From Tubulanus polymorphus (taxonomy: Eukaryota > Animalia > Nemertea): a stretch of 64,000 nucleotides of DNA. This document shows, piece by piece, positions 19,295 through 29,205 of this stretch. Below the pieces are notes generated by a model. The model saw nothing but the letters and a program-made list of their open reading frames with translations, searched no databases and was not told where the DNA came from. Every line of letters starts with the position of its first letter. The stretch's first letter is position 1. The stretch spans positions 1-64,000 of the forward strand of contig NC_134034.1 of NCBI RefSeq assembly GCF_964204645.1. The letters are read 5' to 3'. The position numbers and the translations under genes were made by a program.

Positions 19295-21595
19295 GTGGTC
19301 AACCTCACACGTTCACTCCGCCTAAGTCCGGCGCAACATCAGCTACTCCGAAAGGGCCTCACTTATTGCCCGACTCCAAAAATCGGTTCTGATGCCGCCG
19401 CGACCGAGCGCACCAAGGGAGTGTGCCGATTCAACCGGCTAGTGAAACTCGACCATCACTTCCGAGACAAACCGGACCGCGAGGCTCCGCGTTTCCGTCT
19501 GCCCAGCAGTTGGGCTCCGGATGAAATAGAACCAGTAATCGCCGGGTTCTGCAACGACGCGCACGAATTGGCTCAACAAACCAGGGATACGCGTCGCGTA
19601 AATGATAACCTCACTAAACAGGAACGCGAAGCCCTCCAGCAGCTGCGTGACAACACTAATATTGTCATCAAAGCCGCCGATAAGGGTTCCGCTACGGTTA
19701 TCATGGACCGCGACGACTACGTCCACGAAGCCATGCGCCAACTAGCCGATCTCGAGTATTATCAGCCGCTGCAGCAACCGATCTTCGAACAGACCGGGGA
19801 AGAAATTCGCGAAATCATCGAAAATATGGCTCGACGAAAAATCATCCCGCTAAAAACCGCCGAATATCTATTACCGCCCGATAATCCGAAACAGAGGCAG
19901 TTCTATCTGCTTCCCAAAATCCATAAAGAACGCGAGAAGTGGACGGTACCCGATCGCGTACCGCCGGGGAGACCGATCGTCTCCGACTGCGGCTCCGAAA
20001 CCTACGAAATTTCGGAATGGATCGACTACTATTTGCAGCCGATCGCCCGCGGTCACCCGTCGTACGTCAAAGATACCAACCACTTTCTAGATATTTTGGC
20101 CGGTAAACAATTTAGCGCCGATGCGTTACTCGTCACCATGGACATCGATTCGCTCTACACCAACATCCCCCACGAAGAGGGTATCGCCAGCATCCGACAA
20201 GCTCTCCGAGATAACCCAAACCCGGGACGCCCGGATGCCGAGCTGCTGAAACTACTCGAAATCAGCCTGAAGAAAAATGACTTTAACTTTAACGAAAACA
20301 CATATTTACAGGTAAAAGGTACCGCAATGGGTAAGCGTTTTGCTCCTTCTTATGCCAATATCTTTGTAGCCGAATGGGAAAAAGAAGGTCTGTCCAGAAG
20401 CGAACTCCAACCATCGCTATACGCTCGGTTCATCGACGACATCTACATAGTTTGGGAACACGGCCGCGAAACGTTGATGCAATTCATCGACGTCCTACAA
20501 ACAGTGAGCCGATCCATCAAACTCAAGTTCGAAATCAGCGACACCAGCGTCAACTTCCTGGACGTAACCACTTTCAAAGGCCCGCGATTCGAGACAAGTG
20601 GCACAGTAGACACCAAAGTCTACTTCAAACCAACCGATTCGCATCAATTACTACATCGATCCTCGTTTCACCCTAAACACACATTTTCCGGTATAGTTAA
20701 AAGTCAAATTCTCCGGTTCCGGCGCATCTGCAATAACGATTCGGACTTACACGCAGCGTCCGGAACCGTCCTTAAAGTACTCAGAGGTCGTGGCTACAAA
20801 GACCGCGAACTGCGACACATCAAAAGCCAAGCTCTACGGCACCACGCCGAACGAGATCTACGAGAACAACAACGGGCCGACGAACCGCCGAAAAAGCGTT
20901 TACCGCTTATCTTACCTCACTCCGAAGCCAACCGAACCCTAGCCCGTAACATCCGAACCAGATTTACGGAACTGGCTACGGCCACCGGCCGGTCTGACGA
21001 GGTAACCACGGTCACCGCCTACACCAAGCACAAGAGTCTCAAAGATCTCCTAACTTCGTCGCAGCTCAAATCCACGGAGCCACCCCCTCCCCGAGTCCCC
21101 TCTTCACCGCATCGTAACAGAAATACTTCCGTTGTTTCCAATTCTTCTATTTCCAGGTCTACTCAAAGAACTCCGTCAACCCGACGTCGAGGCACCGAGA
21201 AATGCAGAACACCGAGATGTCGTACGTGTCCACTCGTCCGAGAAACAACCGTTTGCCGCAGCCACAACAAAATGCACGCGATCCGCAGCACAATTAATTG
21301 CGCGACCCGTGAAATTGTATACTGCATCGAATGCACCAAGTGCAACATGCTGTACGTCGGCCAAACCGGAATGTCTCTACGAGAACGCGTCACTCATCAC
21401 GTCTCACGCATCAGAACGAAGAATTCGACTCCAGTCTCGGACCACTTCAACCAAGTCGACCACACCCGCGAACACTTTCGGGTGTACGGTCTCCAACACC
21501 TACCAGGCTCCACGAGACCGATCCGCGAAGCAGCCGAACAAGACTGGATACGACGACTCGACACGAACACGCCCCGAGGCATGAACGTCCCGTAG
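19295..21595 (+). CDS. PLE ORF2 RT + GIY-YIG, copy 3
   Basis: Same motifs as 5409-7709, intact. Confidence 0.96.
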   Translation: MVNLTRSLRLSPAQHQLLRKGLTYCPTPKIGSDAAATERTKGVCRFNRLVKLDHHFRDKPDREAPRFRLPSSWAPDEIEPVIAGFCNDAHELAQQTRDTRRVNDNLTKQEREALQQLRDNTNIVIKAADKGSATVIMDRDDYVHEAMRQLADLEYYQPLQQPIFEQTGEEIREIIENMARRKIIPLKTAEYLLPPDNPKQRQFYLLPKIHKEREKWTVPDRVPPGRPIVSDCGSETYEISEWIDYYLQPIARGHPSYVKDTNHFLDILAGKQFSADALLVTMDIDSLYTNIPHEEGIASIRQALRDNPNPGRPDAELLKLLEISLKKNDFNFNENTYLQVKGTAMGKRFAPSYANIFVAEWEKEGLSRSELQPSLYARFIDDIYIVWEHGRETLMQFIDVLQTVSRSIKLKFEISDTSVNFLDVTTFKGPRFETSGTVDTKVYFKPTDSHQLLHRSSFHPKHTFSGIVKSQILRFRRICNNDSDLHAASGTVLKVLRGRGYKDRELRHIKSQALRHHAERDLREQQRADEPPKKRLPLILPHSEANRTLARNIRTRFTELATATGRSDEVTTVTAYTKHKSLKDLLTSSQLKSTEPPPPRVPSSPHRNRNTSVVSNSSISRSTQRTPSTRRRGTEKCRTPRCRTCPLVRETTVCRSHNKMHAIRSTINCATREIVYCIECTKCNMLYVGQTGMSLRERVTHHVSRIRTKNSTPVSDHFNQVDHTREHFRVYGLQHLPGSTRPIREAAEQDWIRRLDTNTPRGMNVP

Positions 21596-22530
21596 ACCGC
21601 CTCACTACAACAATTAACTCTCACTACTTTTTTACAGGGATAACCCGCTGCCCGTGCACTAGTGGGGTCTCCAAACCTTCGGTTTGGTCCCCTAACCTCT
21701 ATCTCTAAACCTAACCCTAACCCTACTCGATCCTAATAACTCTAAATAAGCGTAGTTTATCTAATAGAATTATATTTAAGAACTTAGAATTAAAACAGAC
21801 GTATTAGTAAGACATTTCTATCAAAACTCGTCACCCATAATTAGGGCTAATTAACCACCCGCGCTCACTCAGTAATTTAGATCTTACGGGTTATAACTTC
21901 CTACTAAATCGCCGACGCCGCGCTGTCTAATTCATCCAATTTTCGGTAGAATACCGCGTAGATATTTCAAAATCCGCTCTTAAAAGCTTTAGAATACGGA
22001 GAAAACTTGATTAACTAAGAACCGGATTTCACCATTTACGACTATTTAGTATACACGCGTATATCGGAATACGCCTCGGCCGCGCACCGCTAATTAACGC
22101 ATCTAAACTAATTAGGAATTAAGCAATTTTGAAACTGAACTCGGACATATTTCGAACATTCCGGTTCACGTATATTAATAATACATATTCTAGATTTCTC
22201 TTTATAGCAAACACTTTGAGTATTTATCAGGTTATATCGAAATAAACTTTTCAATTCTATATTAGACACGCCGTTCTTTAGATCTTTAGAACTATACATC
22301 AAAGCAAACTATTCAACAGCTAGATCAAGGGCCATAATTAGTGCTGTTTTCTAGTCACTCTGGATCAAAGGCATAATTAGTCAGACCCCTAGTTTGTCTA
22401 TTAGCTTGATCACAGAAGTACAATTAGTCTAGATCACAAGGTCTCATATGGTCACTTAACTTCTAACTCGAATACTGTTCACTTGTTGCGCGCTGCGTGT
22501 ATAAAAACCCGTGTCTAATCCTAGTTCAGC

Positions 22531-24096
22531 ATGATTCCTGCACTGACACTGACGAAGGCAACCTCGCCGAAATATCTGTCAATGGAGCGATCTACTCGAA
22601 AGAAGAAACGACCACCAGCTGAGAAGACCAGCAAGGGCGGAGGACGCCCTGAGCGACACCAGCAACCCGGGATGTCGCCGAAAACGTATTATAGAGCTCT
22701 TCAAGTGGCGCACCACCTTGCCCAGTTGAGCTCTGGTCCGAAAGCGATTCGGAGGAAGAAGGACCATCTGAAGATGTTCCTGCGGCCGGCGGCTTGCACC
22801 GAAGCAGTAACGGTGCAGCTGCACGCTGCCGCGGACGTCTGGATGGAGACAGTTTCGAAAGAGCTGACCATCCATTACGCTGCCACATTTGTTGAGCTAA
22901 TGGGTGATCCTCTGCCGGACTGTCTATCAGCACAGGATGTCGCCCTGACATGGGCCCGGAGGAATTTCGGCTCCCGTCTGAGCCCCGGAACGATCCGGCT
23001 TTTCAACATCGCGCTGGATTTGCGGTCGAAATTCCGCGGTCAGGCTCTGTCTGACAAACTCAGAAATGTCCTATCTAACCCACCTTCTTCCCCTTCTCAT
23101 TTCAGGTCACACCACCAGGAGGCACCCACGGAGCCGAAGATTCGTCCGCCGCCGAGACCGAGCCGGAAGATTCGAAAGCCCGCGACGCCGAGGACGCCTG
23201 CACCAACCGCAGCCGCGCCCGCCGCGCCCACAGCGCCTCCTTCTTTTTCTGATTCCAGGTCACCGAGAAGCTACGCGGATGTCACCAGGACGCCACCAAC
23301 CAGAATGGCGCCACCACCGAGAAGCCCGATGCCGACGCCGCCGCCGCCGCCGCCACCAAGAAGTCCGACGCCACCGAGAAGTCCGACGCCGCCGCCTCGA
23401 AACCCGACGCCGCCGCCGCCGCAGAGAACGCCGACCGCACCAACCAGCAGTCCGACGCCGTCTCTCTCTTCTTCTCTTTCCAGCTCTCCGTCTCATTACA
23501 GGTCACCAGGGCGCCTACTGCCAGCGCGAAGTCCGACGCCAACACCGAGACCGATGGCGCCCCAGGAAGTTCGCCGTCATCCGAAGACGGGTCGGAAGAA
23601 ACAGGATTGGAGTCTGCCACCAACCCGGCGACCCATTCTGGTGATTGGTGACTCAAATCTGAGTAACATCACATCAAGCCGCCGTCCGGATGACGTCCAG
23701 ATCGAGAGCTTCCCCGGCTGCAAGATAGCTCATCTCGCCGACCTGATCGATGCTGTACCGGAGCGCCGAGATCGCCCGGATACGGTGATCATCAGCGTCG
23801 GAATCAACAACCGCGACAACAACTTCGAAGCGACCGCCAGGAAGACCACACAGCGCCTGATCAACGCCGCAGTCAAGAAGTATCAGCACTCGTTCGTCCA
23901 CTTCGTTCAACTCAACACGACCCGCGAACACCAGCAGTTCGCCCGGAAGTTCAACGAATTCCTCGAGATTCACGACGACGTCACCGCGATACCACCCATC
24001 GATGATCGACGCTTCAGAGTTGTTGGAGACGGGATCCACTGGAACCGTGGTACAGCTAACACCCTGCTGGACCACTGGCTCAGTGGTTTAAATTAA
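22531..24096 (+). CDS. PLE ORF1 (SGNH esterase), copy 4
   Basis: Same protein as copy 3; hammerhead at 22544-22581; slippery site 24087-24093. Confidence 0.88.
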   Translation: MIPALTLTKATSPKYLSMERSTRKKKRPPAEKTSKGGGRPERHQQPGMSPKTYYRALQVAHHLAQLSSGPKAIRRKKDHLKMFLRPAACTEAVTVQLHAAADVWMETVSKELTIHYAATFVELMGDPLPDCLSAQDVALTWARRNFGSRLSPGTIRLFNIALDLRSKFRGQALSDKLRNVLSNPPSSPSHFRSHHQEAPTEPKIRPPPRPSRKIRKPATPRTPAPTAAAPAAPTAPPSFSDSRSPRSYADVTRTPPTRMAPPPRSPMPTPPPPPPPRSPTPPRSPTPPPRNPTPPPPQRTPTAPTSSPTPSLSSSLSSSPSHYRSPGRLLPARSPTPTPRPMAPQEVRRHPKTGRKKQDWSLPPTRRPILVIGDSNLSNITSSRRPDDVQIESFPGCKIAHLADLIDAVPERRDRPDTVIISVGINNRDNNFEATARKTTQRLINAAVKKYQHSFVHFVQLNTTREHQQFARKFNEFLEIHDDVTAIPPIDDRRFRVVGDGIHWNRGTANTLLDHWLSGLN

Positions 24097-24251
24097 GTAT
24101 TAGTGAGACCAACGGGCCCACTATTGGTGAGTTAAATCAACCGGAATTAACCAATGCTTCTCTGATTTCTTCCATTTCCAGGTCCGACGAACACGAAGAA
24201 CCGGCACCGAACCAAGCGCGACGCGATCCGGTCACCGCTCTCGGGAGCCCG

Positions 24252-26552
24252 GTGGTCAACCTCACACGTTCACTCCGCCTAAGTCCGGCGCAACATCAGC
24301 TACTCCGAAAGGGCCTCACTTATTGCCCGACTCCAAAAATCGGTTCTGATGCCGCCGCGACCGAGCGCACCAAGGGAGTGTGCCGATTCAACCGGCTAGT
24401 GAAACTCGACCATCACTTCCGAGACAAACCGGACCGCGAGGCTCCGCGTTTCCGTCTGCCCAGCAGTTGGGCTCCGGATGAAATAGAACCAGTAATCGCC
24501 GGGTTCTGCAACGACGCGCACGAATTGGCTCAACAAACCAGGGATACGCGTCGCGTAAATGATAACCTCACTAAACAGGAACGCGAAGCCCTCCAGCAGC
24601 TGCGTGACAACACTAATATTGTCATCAAAGCCGCCGATAAGGGTTCCGCTACGGTTATCATGGACCGCGACGACTACGTCCACGAAGCCATGCGCCAACT
24701 AGCCGATCTCGAGTATTATCAGCCGCTGCAGCAACCGATCTTCGAACAGACCGGGGAAGAAATTCGCGAAATCATCGAAAATATGGCTCGACGAAAAATC
24801 ATCCCGCTAAAAACCGCCGAATATCTATTACCGCCCGATAATCCGAAACAGAGGCAGTTCTATCTGCTTCCCAAAATCCATAAAGAACGCGAGAAGTGGA
24901 CGGTACCCGATCGCGTACCGCCGGGGAGACCGATCGTCTCCGACTGCGGCTCCGAAACCTACGAAATTTCGGAATGGATCGACTACTATTTGCAGCCGAT
25001 CGCCCGCGGTCACCCGTCGTACGTCAAAGATACCAACCACTTTCTAGATATTTTGGCCGGTAAACAATTTAGCGCCGATGCGTTACTCGTCACCATGGAC
25101 ATCGATTCGCTCTACACCAACATCCCCCACGAAGAGGGTATCGCCAGCATCCGACAAGCTCTCCGAGATAACCCAAACCCGGGACGCCCGGATGCCGAGC
25201 TGCTGAAACTACTCGAAATCAGCCTGAAGAAAAATGACTTTAACTTTAACGAAAACACATATTTACAGGTAAAAGGTACCGCAATGGGTAAGCGTTTTGC
25301 TCCTTCTTATGCCAATATCTTTGTAGCCGAATGGGAAAAAGAAGGTCTGTCCAGAAGCGAACTCCAACCATCGCTATACGCTCGGTTCATCGACGACATC
25401 TACATAGTTTGGGAACACGGCCGCGAAACGTTGATGCAATTCATCGACGTCCTACAAACAGTGAGCCGATCCATCAAACTCAAGTTCGAAATCAGCGACA
25501 CCAGCGTCAACTTCCTGGACGTAACCACTTTCAAAGGCCCGCGATTCGAGACAAGTGGCACAGTAGACACCAAAGTCTACTTCAAACCAACCGATTCGCA
25601 TCAATTACTACATCGATCCTCGTTTCACCCTAAACACACATTTTCCGGTATAGTTAAAAGTCAAATTCTCCGGTTCCGGCGCATCTGCAATAACGATTCG
25701 GACTTACACGCAGCGTCCGGAACCGTCCTTAAAGTACTCAGAGGTCGTGGCTACAAAGACCGCGAACTGCGACACATCAAAAGCCAAGCTCTACGGCACC
25801 ACGCCGAACGAGATCTACGAGAACAACAACGGGCCGACGAACCGCCGAAAAAGCGTTTACCGCTTATCTTACCTCACTCCGAAGCCAACCGAACCCTAGC
25901 CCGTAACATCCGAACCAGATTTACGGAACTGGCTACGGCCACCGGCCGGTCTGACGAGGTAACCACGGTCACCGCCTACACCAAGCACAAGAGTCTCAAA
26001 GATCTCCTAACTTCGTCGCAGCTCAAATCCACGGAGCCACCCCCTCCCCGAGTCCCCTCTTCACCGCATCGTAACAGAAATACTTCCGTTGTTTCCAATT
26101 CTTCTATTTCCAGGTCTACTCAAAGAACTCCGTCAACCCGACGTCGAGGCACCGAGAAATGCAGAACACCGAGATGTCGTACGTGTCCACTCGTCCGAGA
26201 AACAACCGTTTGCCGCAGCCACAACAAAATGCACGCGATCCGCAGCACAATTAATTGCGCGACCCGTGAAATTGTATACTGCATCGAATGCACCAAGTGC
26301 AACATGCTGTACGTCGGCCAAACCGGAATGTCTCTACGAGAACGCGTCACTCATCACGTCTCACGCATCAGAACGAAGAATTCGACTCCAGTCTCGGACC
26401 ACTTCAACCAAGTCGACCACACCCGCGAACACTTTCGGGTGTACGGTCTCCAACACCTACCAGGCTCCACGAGACCGATCCGCGAAGCAGCCGAACAAGA
26501 CTGGATACGACGACTCGACACGAACACGCCCCGAGGCATGAACGTCCCGTAG
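24252..26552 (+). CDS. PLE ORF2 RT + GIY-YIG, copy 4
   Basis: Intact. Confidence 0.96.
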   Translation: MVNLTRSLRLSPAQHQLLRKGLTYCPTPKIGSDAAATERTKGVCRFNRLVKLDHHFRDKPDREAPRFRLPSSWAPDEIEPVIAGFCNDAHELAQQTRDTRRVNDNLTKQEREALQQLRDNTNIVIKAADKGSATVIMDRDDYVHEAMRQLADLEYYQPLQQPIFEQTGEEIREIIENMARRKIIPLKTAEYLLPPDNPKQRQFYLLPKIHKEREKWTVPDRVPPGRPIVSDCGSETYEISEWIDYYLQPIARGHPSYVKDTNHFLDILAGKQFSADALLVTMDIDSLYTNIPHEEGIASIRQALRDNPNPGRPDAELLKLLEISLKKNDFNFNENTYLQVKGTAMGKRFAPSYANIFVAEWEKEGLSRSELQPSLYARFIDDIYIVWEHGRETLMQFIDVLQTVSRSIKLKFEISDTSVNFLDVTTFKGPRFETSGTVDTKVYFKPTDSHQLLHRSSFHPKHTFSGIVKSQILRFRRICNNDSDLHAASGTVLKVLRGRGYKDRELRHIKSQALRHHAERDLREQQRADEPPKKRLPLILPHSEANRTLARNIRTRFTELATATGRSDEVTTVTAYTKHKSLKDLLTSSQLKSTEPPPPRVPSSPHRNRNTSVVSNSSISRSTQRTPSTRRRGTEKCRTPRCRTCPLVRETTVCRSHNKMHAIRSTINCATREIVYCIECTKCNMLYVGQTGMSLRERVTHHVSRIRTKNSTPVSDHFNQVDHTREHFRVYGLQHLPGSTRPIREAAEQDWIRRLDTNTPRGMNVP

Positions 26553-27493
26553 ACCGCCTCACTACAACAATTAACTCTCACTACTTTTTTACAGGGATAA
26601 CCCGCTGCCCGTGCACTAGTGGGGTCTCCAAACCTTCGGTTTGGTCCCCCAACCTCTATCTCTAAACCTAACCCTAACCCTAACCCTACTCGATCCTAAT
26701 AACTCTAAATAAGCGTAGTTTATCTAATAGAATTATATTTAAGAACTTAGAATTAAAACAGACGTATTAGTAAGACATTTCTATCAAAACTCGTCACCCA
26801 TAATTAGGGCTAATTAACCACCCGCGCTCACTCAGTAATTTAGATCTTACGGGTTATAACTTCCTACTAAATCGCCGACGCCGCGCTGTCTAATTCATCC
26901 AATTTTCGGTAGAATACCGCGTAGATATTTCAAAATCCGCTCTTAAAAGCTTTAGAATACGGAGAAAACTTGATTAACTAAGAACCGGATTTCACCATTT
27001 ACGACTATTTAGTAAACACGCGTTTATCGGAATACGCCTCGGCCGCGCACCGCTAATTAACGCGCCTAAACTAATTAGGAATTAAGCAATTTTGAAACTG
27101 AACTCGGACATATTTCGAACATTCCGGTTCACGTATATTAATAATACATATTCTAGATTTCTCTTTATAGAAAACACTTTGAGTATTTATTAGGTTATAT
27201 CGAAATAAACTTTTCAATTCTATATTAGACACGCCGTTCTTTAGATCTTTAGAACTATACATCAAAGCAAACTATTCAACAGCTAGATCAAGGGCCATAA
27301 TTAGTGCTGTTTTCTAGTCACTCTGGATCAAAGGCATAATTAGTCAGACCCCTAGTTTGTCTATTAGCTTGATCACAGAAGTACAATTAGTCTAGATCAC
27401 AAGGTCTCATATGGTCACTTAACTTCTAACTCGAATACTGTTCACTTGTTGCGCGCTGCGTGTATAAAAACCCGTGTCTAATCCTAGTTCAGC

Positions 27494-29050
27494 ATGATTC
27501 CTGCACTGACACTGACGAAGGCAACCTCGCCGAAATATCTGTCAATGGAGCGATCTACTCGAAAGAAGAAACGACCACCAGCTGAGAAGACCAGCAAGGG
27601 CGGAGGACGCCCTGAGCGACACCAGCAACCCGGGATGTCGCCGAAAAATTACTATAGAGCTCTTCAAGTGGCGCACCACCTTGCCCAGTTGAGCTCTGGT
27701 CCGAAAGCGATTCGGAGGAAGAAGGACCATCTGAAGATGTTCCTGCGGCCGGCGGCTTGCACCGAAGCAGTAACGGTGCAGCTGCACGCTGCCGCGGACG
27801 TCTGGATGGAGACAGTTTCGAAAGAGCTGACCATCCATTACGCTGCCACATTTGTTCAGCTAATGGGTGATCCTCTGCCGGACTGTCTATCAGCACAGGA
27901 TGTCGCCCTGACATGGGCCCGGAGGAATTTCGGCTCCCGTCTGAGCCCCGGAACGATCCGGCTTTTCAACATCGCGCTGGATTTGCGGTCGAAATTCCGC
28001 GGTCAGGCTCTGTCTGACAAACTCAGAAATGTCCTATCTAACCCACCTTCTTCCCCTTCTCATTTCAGGTCACACCACCAGGAGGCACCCACGGAGCCGA
28101 AGATTCGTCCGCCGCCGAGACCGAGCCGGAAGATTCGAAAGCCCGCGACGCCGAGGACGCCTGCACCAACCGCAGCCGCGCCCGCCGCGCCCACAGCGCC
28201 TCCTTCTTTTTCTGATTCCAGGTCACCGAGAAGCTACGCGGATGTCACCAGGACGCCACCAACCAGAATGGCGCCACCACCGAGAAGTCCGATGCCGACG
28301 CCGCCGCCGCCACCAAGAAGTCCGACGCCACCGAGAAGTCCGACGCCGCCGCCTCGAAACCCGACGCCGCCGCCGCAGAGAACGCCGACCGCACCAACCA
28401 GCAGTCCGACGCCGTCTCTCTCTTCTTCTCTTTCCAGCTCTCCGTCTCATTACAGGTCACCAGGGCGCCTACTGCCAGCGCGAAGTCCGACGCCAACACC
28501 GAGACCGATGGCGCCCCAGGAAGTTCGCCGTCATCCGAATACGGGTCGGAAGAAACAGGATTGGAGTCTGCCACCAACCCGGCGACCCATTCTGGTGATT
28601 GGTGACTCAAATCTGAGTAACATCACATCAAGCCGCCGTCCGGATGACGTCCAGATCGAGAGCTTCCCCGGCTGCAAGATAGCTCATCTCGCCGACCTGA
28701 TCGATGCTGTACCGGAGCGCCGAGATCGCCCGGATACGGTGATCATCAGCGTCGGAATCAACAACCGCGACAACAACTTCGAAGCGACCGCCAGGAAGAC
28801 CACACAGCGCCTGATCAACGCCGCAGTCAAGAAGTATCAGCACTCGTTCGTCCACTTCGTTCAACTCAACACGACCCGCGAACACCAGCAGTTCGCCCGG
28901 AAGTTCAACGAATTCCTCGAGATTCACGACGACGTCACCGCGATACCACCCATCGATGATCGACGCTTCAGAGTTGTTGGAGACGGGATCCACTGGAACC
29001 GTGGTACAGCTAACACCCTGCTGGACCACTGGCTCAGTGGTTTAAACTAA
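27494..29050 (+). CDS. PLE ORF1 (SGNH esterase), copy 5
   Basis: 518 aa; hammerhead at 27507-27544; slippery site 29041-29047. Confidence 0.88.
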   Translation: MIPALTLTKATSPKYLSMERSTRKKKRPPAEKTSKGGGRPERHQQPGMSPKNYYRALQVAHHLAQLSSGPKAIRRKKDHLKMFLRPAACTEAVTVQLHAAADVWMETVSKELTIHYAATFVQLMGDPLPDCLSAQDVALTWARRNFGSRLSPGTIRLFNIALDLRSKFRGQALSDKLRNVLSNPPSSPSHFRSHHQEAPTEPKIRPPPRPSRKIRKPATPRTPAPTAAAPAAPTAPPSFSDSRSPRSYADVTRTPPTRMAPPPRSPMPTPPPPPRSPTPPRSPTPPPRNPTPPPQRTPTAPTSSPTPSLSSSLSSSPSHYRSPGRLLPARSPTPTPRPMAPQEVRRHPNTGRKKQDWSLPPTRRPILVIGDSNLSNITSSRRPDDVQIESFPGCKIAHLADLIDAVPERRDRPDTVIISVGINNRDNNFEATARKTTQRLINAAVKKYQHSFVHFVQLNTTREHQQFARKFNEFLEIHDDVTAIPPIDDRRFRVVGDGIHWNRGTANTLLDHWLSGLN

Positions 29051-29205
29051 GTATTAGTGAGACCAACGGGTCCACTATTGGTGAGTTAAATCAACCGGAA
29101 TTAACCAATGCTTCTCTGATTTCTTCCATTTCCAGGTCCGACGAACACGAAGAACCGGCACCAAACCAAGCGCGACGCGATCCGGTCACCGCTCTCGGGA
29201 GCCCG

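Larger units (their letters stand above)
16767..21716 (+). mobile_element. PLE copy 3 (5'-truncated at the shared breakpoint, ORFs intact)
   Basis: Same start as copy 2; ends at CCTAACC followed by telomeric repeats. Confidence 0.95.
21724..26673 (+). mobile_element. PLE copy 4
   Basis: Apparently identical to copy 3 except at the extreme 3' end. Confidence 0.95.
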
